Assembly (NCBI RefSeq): GCF_053078305.1 | Contig: NZ_CP166879.1 | Length of the DNA: 64,000 nt | Strand: one strand, 5' to 3' | Part shown: positions 45,109 to 53,640 of the stretch, one piece after another | How the letters are laid out: every line of letters begins with the position of its first letter | How positions within the stretch are numbered: the first letter of the stretch is position 1 | Position numbers and translations under genes: made by a program | The notes under the pieces: model-generated | Database searches by the model: none | Seen by the model: only the letters and a program-made list of their open reading frames with translations | Told to the model about the DNA's origin: nothing

Positions 45109-45768
45109 TTACCGCCCACCGGCAAGAGCCCGCAGCCAGTAAAGCTGATATTCGGCCTCTTCCAGTGCTGCCCAGTCATCCGGGGATAACTGTCGCCCCT
45201 GACCGGACAAAAACTGCAGCAGTAAGCTGTCAAACACATCTCCCCTTACCAGGGTGGTTAATACAGACTCCGGAGCAGAAAAATTCTCATGCCCCAGGTA
45301 CCGTTTTATCCATTTCAGCGGCAGCGACCAGCTGGCACCACCGACAGTGGAATGAATACGAAAACAGTCCGGACACAGATTGTGCAACAGCACAAAGACT
45401 GTACGGGCAAAGAAATCTCCCGGCTGACGTCCGAAATTCAGCTCATTAAGAGCCAGAATATTCCGGCTGTGCTCCCGCTCAATAGTGACATTCACCGACC
45501 ACAGCCCGTCGGCAGACCGGCAGTAAAACGCCAGCGTGTCCGTTACCGGAAACAACTCTGACGCCCGGGTCAGGGAGCCGAAATACGCATTCTGCGGCCG
45601 TAACGCCTCCGGCAACTGCCAGAAGGTTTCAGTGGCAGCCAGAACAAAAGCATGCCACTGCTTTTCCGGTATTGTGGAAACCTGCTCAAGGGTATATACC
45701 ACCGGCTCACGGGCCGGACGTGAAGATAACTCAGACATGGAACATTCCTCATGGTTAAAACGAAACAA
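45109..45768 (-). CDS. Hypothetical protein (219 aa)
   Basis: ORF only; same strand as ArdC-like gene. Confidence 0.45.
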   Translation of the reverse strand: MFRFNHEECSMSELSSRPAREPVVYTLEQVSTIPEKQWHAFVLAATETFWQLPEALRPQNAYFGSLTRASELFPVTDTLAFYCRSADGLWSVNVTIEREHSRNILALNELNFGRQPGDFFARTVFVLLHNLCPDCFRIHSTVGGASWSLPLKWIKRYLGHENFSAPESVLTTLVRGDVFDSLLLQFLSGQGRQLSPDDWAALEEAEYQLYWLRALAGGR

Positions 45769-45819
45769 CGGGGAATGTCTCCCGGACGGAGAACTCCCCC
45801 GTCAGGGTCAGGTCATGAA

Positions 45820-46197
45820 TTACATCATGTCGTGCCGGGCAAAATATTCATCCGCTCCGGCCACCATCTTTCCGGTACTGATACTGTCAGCCCAGATTTC
45901 ATGATTAATTTCACGCCCCAGAGCCATCAGACTGTCGAGTGCCTGACGGGCCTGAATTCCCGGTGCGGAAATCTCCTCCTGCTCCAGGTCATACAACAGC
46001 CAGCCCAGCGCCTCGCCGGTATCCCACAGATACACGTATACCAGTGAAGGCTCCGTCTCATCATCCGGCTCCGGGGTAATACCCAGCCGTTGCCAGGCTC
46101 GTAACCGCATCAGCTCGCCTTCCATCTGACTGATATGAGCCAGCAGAGCAGACTGCGTCTGAAGCGCTGAATAATGAGCAATTAAAGGTGAATACAT
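45820..46197 (-). CDS. Hypothetical protein (125 aa)
   Basis: ORF only. Confidence 0.4.
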   Translation of the reverse strand: MYSPLIAHYSALQTQSALLAHISQMEGELMRLRAWQRLGITPEPDDETEPSLVYVYLWDTGEALGWLLYDLEQEEISAPGIQARQALDSLMALGREINHEIWADSISTGKMVAGADEYFARHDMM

Positions 46198-46954
46198 GAT
46201 GACCTCCGTCTCTTAAAGGAAGTCCTGTCCCTGACGGAACAAAACTCCCGTCAGGGAAAACACCGGCGCAAAAACACGGTGCAGTAAGTAAAAGAAAAAC
46301 CGTTACGGGAGCAAAACAGCCATCATTGCAAAATGGCAGTTGCATCGCTCACGATTTGACATCCTTCCTGTGACTGACTGGCATCCTGCCCGTCAGTCTG
46401 CGTCGGAAAATTCAATACAGGCCTGCTTCAGGAGCCCGGCTATACGTTGATTCAGACATTCCGTCCAGCCATCGTTCCATCCACGCTCCCATGGATTGCA
46501 GACATCCTCCTATGGATTGCAGACATCGTTACAGCCATTCTTCCATGTCTTCCATGCCTCCATCTCCATGACAGCCCCCAGCCTGTGGCCTTTCACACGT
46601 ATATGCCACAGAAACGGCCGGAAAAGTCCTGATTTCAGTTGGTCACCACCGCTTTTGTAGCCCAGATGACATGCAACACTTTCAGTATATTCAAATGCAT
46701 CATTCTGCATTCCAGCCGCCTTAGCCAGCGAGCTGTACGCATCACGAAGTATCGTCATACCTTCCAGTTGATACTCACACCACGCACGGACAGCCGACAC
46801 TGGTGCGATTACCCGAAGAATGGTGCAGGGACGCCATACAACAATGTAAAGGAGTATTAACAGACTATGCATGTGTTCACCTCAGATACAAAAAATAACG
46901 GGAACACACCTGCCTTGCGGGAAGCGTGTTCCCGACAGGGTAATAAATGATAAA

Positions 46955-47515
46955 TCAGCAGGGCTGTGCGACGATTCCATCACCCTGCAGACCAAACCGG
47001 TAACGCAGGGTGGTCAGTTGCTCCGCCATACGGCAGGCAGCATGCCATGTCCTGCGACGGGATATCCGTCCGGTAAACCGGTTCAGATAAATGACCTCAC
47101 GCGGTAACGGCTGATACCATCCTGTGTACTCGTTGCGATACATTCCCTGCCGGTAATACAGGCAGGGTGTCCAGACACCGCCACGACGGAACATACAGAC
47201 CCGCACGCTCAGATTGCCGGCCGGATTAGTGTACCAGCGACTGTAATATGACAGGTTATTGCGGGAAAAAAACACCCGCAACTGAGCCGTCATTCGCCGG
47301 AAAAAAGAAGAGATGCCCGGTTCAGGGCACAAAATAAACGTTGACATAAAGACTCCTGTAAAAAAACGGGAGCCTTCGCCCCGACGGACAAAAACTCCCG
47401 TCAGGGTTAAAACACCACCAGTACAGCATGGTGTTGCTGTCAGAAAAAGCCCGTTAATAAAGGGCGCAGTTATAAAGAAACCTTCATCGTCATGACTGAC
47501 GATATCTGCTCTCAA
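46955..47515 (-). CDS. Hypothetical protein; 5' part overlaps the left direct repeat so true start is uncertain
   Basis: 186-aa ORF; alternative start MSTFILCPEPG; possibly a prophage-remnant family but not confirmed. Confidence 0.3.
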   Translation of the reverse strand: MRADIVSHDDEGFFITAPFINGLFLTATPCCTGGVLTLTGVFVRRGEGSRFFTGVFMSTFILCPEPGISSFFRRMTAQLRVFFSRNNLSYYSRWYTNPAGNLSVRVCMFRRGGVWTPCLYYRQGMYRNEYTGWYQPLPREVIYLNRFTGRISRRRTWHAACRMAEQLTTLRYRFGLQGDGIVAQPC

Positions 47516-47773
47516 AGGTGGGCAGATTTACCACCACCAGAAACATCCTGGCTGCACATCCCCTTTCAGGTTACGGGGGTGTTGATCACCCGAAGGCGTT
47601 CCTCTCAGATCAACGGAACATTGGTGCCCACCGAAGCGGGATGTGGTCACCCGAAGGCGCTCCTCTCAGACCACTTATGGAGCATTGGTGGTCGCCGAAG
47701 CGACATGTAGCCACCCGAAGGCGCTCCTCTCAGGCCACTTGTGGAGCATTGGTGGTCGCCGGAGCGACATATA
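47449..47773. repeat. Direct repeat copy 1 (about 325 bp) with three degenerate tandem ~63-bp sub-units
   Basis: Near-identical to 49782-50038 over about 255 bp; sub-units begin CACCCGAAGGCG(C/T)TCCTCTCAG at about 47584, 47647 and 47711. Confidence 0.9.
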
Positions 47774-47812
47774 AGCCTGTATATTTTTAAATCACAAAAG
47801 ATGAATGTCAAG

Positions 47813-48136
47813 TTATTCAACATCAATCCAAAGAGGAATATTATGTATTCCCTTAACGGGTTCTCCCAGAGGAAAAACACAGGTCCCTTTAATCAGTATT
47901 TTTCTTCCCGACCATCTGACATCACAGTTAAAATCTCCCACCACATCAAAATAATCCGCAATGGATTCATAGATGTCCCATTCATCATAGATATCCCATT
48001 TATCTGCTGTTCCTTCACATTCAAACTCGGCCTGATATCCGGAATCAACATATCGCGCCAGATAGTGTGACCACAAAGGCGAATTTTTTGTAATCTCTTT
48101 TACAGAGATTATTTTCAGCAAAATAGTACAATCCAT
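47813..48136 (-). CDS. Hypothetical small protein inside the repeat-flanked segment
   Basis: 107-aa ORF only. Confidence 0.25.
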   Translation of the reverse strand: MDCTILLKIISVKEITKNSPLWSHYLARYVDSGYQAEFECEGTADKWDIYDEWDIYESIADYFDVVGDFNCDVRWSGRKILIKGTCVFPLGEPVKGIHNIPLWIDVE

Positions 48137-48168
48137 AATATTTACCCGTACGAAATCGCCATGAGTTA

Positions 48169-49086
48169 TTACTCATAGCCTAACAACTGACAATAAACCT
48201 GTTCAATATATCGTCCTCTGCCATCACCATGACCAAGATCAATTGATGTCAGTGCAAGTGCCTCCTTATAACTGTAACCGTTCATAATATGATATTTCAT
48301 GGCACTTGCAGCGTAACTGTACCGAAAACTGTGTGCAGTCTCATCTCTGCCTTTCAGTTCTCCATAACGACGTAATGTATTAAGATAATAATCCATTGCC
48401 GACTTAAGATTATCTCTGTCTATAAGACGTCCATTATGTTCACTGGCATATTTGAGTGCATAATTAACAGCATCAAGAACGTTATCCCGGTCAACAACCG
48501 TTGTCATTCTTTCCCGTCCCCCTTTCGTACCAAAAATCACTCTTATTTTTTCATCTCCCCGTTGTAACGCTTTTTTCCAGGTTCGTAATGATTTGGCCGA
48601 CTGGATAGCTTCTTCATTTCTCAGACCGAGGTAACGTGACAGTTTAACAACAGCAGCCACCCCTTTATCTTTTGCTTCCACACGCTGAAGAATCTCCCGA
48701 AAACGCTCATCCGTGATTAATTTTTTTGTTCCCTTACGACTGGAGCCGGAAATGCCTAACGCTTTATTGCTGAGACGAGGATGTTCGGGATCAGCCATCT
48801 TATATTTACCTGCCTGACGTAACATAACCCGTATTGCAGACATTTCATTTTCCCTTGTTCGCCCAGAAACATTATTCCGGCTTCTCATATATAGCTCAAT
48901 ATGCCGGACTTTTACCTGCGCGGCAGAACTGATCTGTACATTCATTTTTGCCAGACTTTCAGCAAAGCGGTGCATGATCCTGGTGTAATCACTCAGCTTC
49001 TTGAAGCTGCCTTTGTCTTTTCGAATGTGAGCAACCAGATCCTGTTTCAGTAATTTTTCACGTCTGGACATCAACTTCTCCTGCAC
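48169..49086 (-). CDS. Putative tyrosine-type site-specific recombinase
   Basis: 305 aa; C-terminal AHSFRYSYAASAM (H-x-x-R box) and LGHGDGRGRYIEQVY (His...Tyr) resemble tyrosine recombinase catalytic motifs; flanked by long direct repeats. Confidence 0.5.
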   Translation of the reverse strand: MQEKLMSRREKLLKQDLVAHIRKDKGSFKKLSDYTRIMHRFAESLAKMNVQISSAAQVKVRHIELYMRSRNNVSGRTRENEMSAIRVMLRQAGKYKMADPEHPRLSNKALGISGSSRKGTKKLITDERFREILQRVEAKDKGVAAVVKLSRYLGLRNEEAIQSAKSLRTWKKALQRGDEKIRVIFGTKGGRERMTTVVDRDNVLDAVNYALKYASEHNGRLIDRDNLKSAMDYYLNTLRRYGELKGRDETAHSFRYSYAASAMKYHIMNGYSYKEALALTSIDLGHGDGRGRYIEQVYCQLLGYE

Positions 49087-49120
49087 ATAATAATTTTTAC
49101 CTTAAACAGCTGTACGTTCG

Positions 49121-49171
49121 GCAGATGAGTTTTTCTGTTGTGCCGTGAACACAACAGAAAAACTCATCTGC
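49121..49171. other. Perfect 22-bp-stem hairpin 35 bp upstream of the recombinase start
   Basis: GCAGATGAGTTTTTCTGTTGTG - ccgtgaa - CACAACAGAAAAACTCATCTGC, arms exactly complementary. Confidence 0.85.
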
Positions 49172-49781
49172 ATTTCTCCCTGACGACACGGTTAAACGTT
49201 GCGATCCTTCGGGTAGTGACTGCCTGTGCGCCAGGGTAGCGCAGATTGTTTAGGTATTGAGGGGTAACAAATCGGTGTTGCACACCGACTGCAGCATTTG
49301 CTGTACCTGTCTCCAGGTCGCCCCCGACACCACCTCTAATAAGTGGTATCGCCGATTCGGCATCTCACTACATAAAACTCCTTAAAAAAACAATTGATTC
49401 TGCAAAAAACCATTTATGGACGTTATTCACAAAATCGTCCGTAAATTTGCAGAAGAGGTTGAAAAAACACTCTCACGCCGGGTCACTTCTTCAAATGTTA
49501 AAAAACATCACGTGAAACGGCAGTTCGTGCGGGTTCGTTAAGCAGACGCGCGTGCGTCACTTTGTCATCGTGACACGCTGACGAAAGTGACGCCGCGCAG
49601 CTTCAGACGCCAGATACACGCGTAAGCGACCAAATTTCAAATGGTCTTATACAGCGCGCACAGTCGCAGGAAGTGCTGGCAAACAAATGAAAAGAATAAA
49701 AGAAGTCAATACCGCCATTACGCAGTAAGAACATTCCGGCATCACCGGATGGATAAGGATCACACAACCACTGCTGTGTAT

Positions 49782-50038
49782 TGCCCGTAATAAAGGGCGC
49801 GGTTAAAAGAAACCTTCATCGTCATGACTGACGATATCTGCTCTCAAAGGTGGGCAGATTTACCACCACCAGAAACATCCTGGCTGCACATCCCCTTTCA
49901 GGTTACGGGGGTGTTGATCACCCGAAGGCGTTCCTCTCAGATCAACGGAACATTGGTGCCCACCGAAGCGGGATGTGGTCACCCGAAGGCGCTCCTCTCA
50001 GACCACTTATGGAGCATTGGTGGTCGCCGAAACGACAG
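49782..50038. repeat. Direct repeat copy 2 (about 255 bp, two ~63-bp sub-units)
   Basis: Matches 47449-47705 nearly base for base; diverges after GGTCGCCGAA. Confidence 0.9.
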
Positions 50039-50385
50039 ATAATGTATTCTGAGCATATCAGAGCGCATAAAAGGCGTCAATTATCCATGCTCCCTCACGA
50101 AACAGAAGCTGAACTCTTAACACCTGCTATCGGAACTCACTGAATAAACAACTAAAAAGGACATTGTGAAAATTAACATCAACAGTATGTAAAGTGATTT
50201 GTTTTGTCTTAAATGGGTGAATGTAAAAAAATATTCTATACAATCCACACATCCTTGTATCATATATCAAGTAAACATCCACAGAGATAACAGCTTATTT
50301 CAAATAAGCAGATTCTGTTTGATACTTCAGAAAAATAGTATATGCTCCTGATTTACTGATGTTATAAGTTATACAGGATAGTTAA

Positions 50386-51342
50386 ATGTGTGATTTTATA
50401 AAATCATGTTATGCAGCACCAAGAATTAACAAAATGGCTGATTTTTTCTCATCAACAGCATCTGGAGTAAAACATAAACCTTTGAAGCATGTAAAAATTG
50501 ATAACAGGCTTTTCCCATCTCCTGAGTATATAATTTTTTCTGACTATCTTACGAAAAACAGTGGTCCATTTGTTAACCACTACTTTTGCAGTATTCCATA
50601 CAGCAAAGAAGAAGAATGCAGGCTGGGTGTGACTATTATGAAATATGCAAGCCATCGAAATAAGCCATTGAGCTTATGGTGTCTTGGAATGGCAGAAGGA
50701 GCCATGGCCAGAACAATTTCTCAACTATCAAAAGGACAGGTTTTATCATTAACAACCAGCCCAACAAAAGAAAATGAACCTGTATTCTTTAGTCATGGTT
50801 CTCATATTCACTCTTACTTTATTTGCTCCCCATTCTTTCTTGTTCATGAAGAAATAAAAAATAACAACCCTGAACTATTTCCTCATGGTTTTGATATTAT
50901 AATAGAAGATACAACGTTTCAGATGTATTCTCCCGACAGAGAACAACAAATAAAACATGTAAAAAAAACATTAAAATACGATGGTATTTTCATTTTCACA
51001 GAGAAATTTTCCACCTCCACAAAAGAATATCAGATTAGAGAATATCAAAAAGATTTTTCATTTAAACAAAGATATTTTTCACAAGATGAAATAGACGCAA
51101 AAAAAGAAAACGTTCTTAATATCATGAATTTAAATGAAGTAACTCTCGAAAGAATGATTACAGCCATTAAGTCACATTTTAAATATTATTCTGTCTACTG
51201 GAATAGTGGTAATTTCTATTCAATAGCTGCCAGCAATTCGCAAAAAAACATTTCTGACTTTATAATGTTGCTTCCTGAGGCAGCCATACCTATGGAGTAT
51301 GTTTATTTTAAGGTTCCAACCAGAATAACAGGAGTTATATAA
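50386..51342 (+). CDS. Hypothetical protein with possible class I SAM-dependent methyltransferase fold (low-GC islet)
   Basis: 318 aa; glycine-rich LWCLGMAEGAM, acidic FDIIIED and DGIFIF segments are consistent with a Rossmann methyltransferase but weakly; AGGA Shine-Dalgarno; very AT-rich. Confidence 0.4.
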   Translation: MCDFIKSCYAAPRINKMADFFSSTASGVKHKPLKHVKIDNRLFPSPEYIIFSDYLTKNSGPFVNHYFCSIPYSKEEECRLGVTIMKYASHRNKPLSLWCLGMAEGAMARTISQLSKGQVLSLTTSPTKENEPVFFSHGSHIHSYFICSPFFLVHEEIKNNNPELFPHGFDIIIEDTTFQMYSPDREQQIKHVKKTLKYDGIFIFTEKFSTSTKEYQIREYQKDFSFKQRYFSQDEIDAKKENVLNIMNLNEVTLERMITAIKSHFKYYSVYWNSGNFYSIAASNSQKNISDFIMLLPEAAIPMEYVYFKVPTRITGVI

Positions 51343-51346
51343 TCCC

Positions 51347-51922
51347 ATGGACTTCTCAACATTAATAACATTCTCTATTATAACCTTATCACAAACAGTA
51401 TCGATTGGTCCGGGGGTGGCATTAATCATATCTGAAAGTCTGACATATGGTGCAAAAAAAGCAATAACGACAAGTATATATATAAGATTTGGCGAAATTG
51501 TTGTCATGCTAGTCACACTATTTTCTATAGCACTGGCAATCAATTTAGAAAAACATCTTGACACAATAAAAACTTGTGGTGGTGGATATCTGATTTTTCT
51601 TGGTATTACTCGTCTCATCAAGAGAAAAGGATCTAAAGGAAACAAAGCAAATATCCCTTTTTTAATACCGATGCTCAATCCAAAGGCCTTTTTGTTCTTT
51701 GCTGCATTTATGCCATCATTCATAAAAAACAACAGTAACTTTAATACTGACTTTTTGTTACTTTGTATCATTTTTATAATTGTGTCATTACTCACTGACT
51801 TAATATATATATGTATATGTTTAACTATAAGAGGGCGTATAAATTCATCATTTTCAAAATATGTTAATTTTATCAGCTCTTTATTTATACTTTTAACTGG
51901 CGCATATCTGGTTTTTTTATGA
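51347..51922 (+). CDS. LysE/RhtB-family small-molecule exporter
   Basis: 191 aa, six predicted helices, SIGPGVALIISESL and NPKAFLFFAAFMP family motifs; starts 5 bp after the preceding gene. Confidence 0.7.
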   Translation: MDFSTLITFSIITLSQTVSIGPGVALIISESLTYGAKKAITTSIYIRFGEIVVMLVTLFSIALAINLEKHLDTIKTCGGGYLIFLGITRLIKRKGSKGNKANIPFLIPMLNPKAFLFFAAFMPSFIKNNSNFNTDFLLLCIIFIIVSLLTDLIYICICLTIRGRINSSFSKYVNFISSLFILLTGAYLVFL

Positions 51923-52070
51923 TATGCCGTCAGGGTGTGCTTCCTTACATATCACGCCCTCTTCCAGACGTCGCTGGTCGTCGCCCTCTGCGTCCCTTAC
52001 TTTCAGCCCCTCTGAGCATAATCGCCCCTCCAGAGGAGCCCATCACAACGACAATGCCAGCGGGTTAATT

Positions 52071-52643
52071 TTATCTGACCCGGCCTTCAGCCACATCCTT
52101 CACACGTTTAACTAATGGCTCAATAAATTTATCTTTCAGATGCCCCGGTGCCGGAGATGCATACGTTATATATATCCGACTTCCTTTGCCATTTTTTTCA
52201 AGTTCAAGCGTCAGATGATCATCAAACTCGCCACCATCCCAGTCACTGCCCATTTTATAATAACTACCGGGCATGGCATCCCACATATGCCCGTTCTGAC
52301 TTATTGCTGCTGCGGCCCACTTCCCGTTCGCATGTCCGTTATTACGAATCGCATCGACTTCTTCATTTGAATAAAACTTATAGTACCGTTTCAGTCTTCC
52401 CGCAGCTGTATCCACATCAACAGGGACTTCTATGACATGATCACGTTTCTCTCTTTTTGCCCGGGGTGCCTGAGACAGATATTTGAGATCATCATCTGCC
52501 TGGTTTACACCTACGTTCAGTACTTTTGTCACAGCAAATGCACCGTCACTTATCTGCCTGTTCAGCTCTGCAATTTCCTGTGCAGAACAGGCACTCAGCG
52601 CAACACACGAAGCACAAACGAGTAACATTTTTTTAGTCAGCAT
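52071..52643 (-). CDS. Putative lipoprotein of unknown function
   Basis: 190 aa; signal peptide with lipobox ALSAC. Confidence 0.55.
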   Translation of the reverse strand: MLTKKMLLVCASCVALSACSAQEIAELNRQISDGAFAVTKVLNVGVNQADDDLKYLSQAPRAKREKRDHVIEVPVDVDTAAGRLKRYYKFYSNEEVDAIRNNGHANGKWAAAAISQNGHMWDAMPGSYYKMGSDWDGGEFDDHLTLELEKNGKGSRIYITYASPAPGHLKDKFIEPLVKRVKDVAEGRVR

Positions 52644-53601
52644 GTCTTCATCCTCATCAGCAGCTCTTCAGTGGATAACATCCACAGTTACACCTGCATT
52701 TACGCGCAACAAAAACACCAGATGAAGATTTTATTCATTCAGCTCCGCTAAAAATTAATCTTGCTGTGGAATATCGGGAAAACAGGAAGTTACGTTAAAA
52801 GCCGAAGGAAAAACTCACAATCCCTTCTTCAATCAGCCTCTGAAAATCGGCTTTTCAGCATGTCTTCCCCCATTGTTCGTATACCCTGTTCGATGGATTA
52901 TTATTGATCCATATGATCGCTTCACGTAAACACGATTCTGGCTCCACACCATTCTGGACGCGATTGTTACCAAAAAAGACAACCATCACAAGACGTCACA
53001 GACGGTGCGTGCGCTTACTCCTGTATATCTGGCGCAACAGAATCTACCAGTGTAAACTCTCTATGCTTTTGCGCAGAAGCAGTGGGCCTGGGTTCGCTTA
53101 TGTCCTGCATCTACAAGCGAATGACTGACCAGAGACTCCCATATCTGGTCAGTCGCCCATTTTTATTTTCCCTATACACTCAGACTACAATAGCCGTAAC
53201 AAACAGCATACCCCCAGTCATAGTGGCCCCTTTATCTTCTTATGGCTTGTCTGTGGTACTGGAGATAGAGCAACTGTGGGAGTACTGTTATGGCCCCCGG
53301 TAAGAAAAACTCTTGCTTAATGTACAGCAGAACTGTTCCCAGAAAGAAGCCTGTGCATATTTTCATAGAAGGAGATCACCCATAACGGCGTTTTTCACGG
53401 TAATACACGCCAGGTAAAGAATGCTGGATTATCAATCAAAGCTCCGCACAGGAAGCGCTTATGCCGTAGAGCGCCCTCTGGAGAAAAGTGCTACTTCTTG
53501 TCGATTCAGACTAGTTCAGGAAATTATACGAAAATATTACCTGAATGAGCTAAATGTTATTTACCTTCCTTTCTGTTCATTGTAAATTTTTTCTTGCTAA
53601 C

Positions 53602-53620
53602 GCAAATCATTATCATTACG
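53602..53620. promoter_or_regulatory. Candidate Fur box upstream of the TonB-dependent receptor gene
   Basis: GCAAATCATTATCATTACG: three NAT(A/T)AT-like hexamers (AATCAT TATCAT TACGAT) matching the Fur consensus GATAATGATAATCATTATC core, 21 bp upstream of the start. Confidence 0.5.
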
Positions 53621-53640
53621 ATTTTAGAAAAGGGAAATTT

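Noticed and set aside
47492-47710. 72-aa ORF inside the left direct repeat (duplicated at 49824..50042)
   Set aside because: It sits entirely within the repeat with no RBS and a low-complexity translation; more likely non-coding repeat sequence, although coding cannot be fully excluded.
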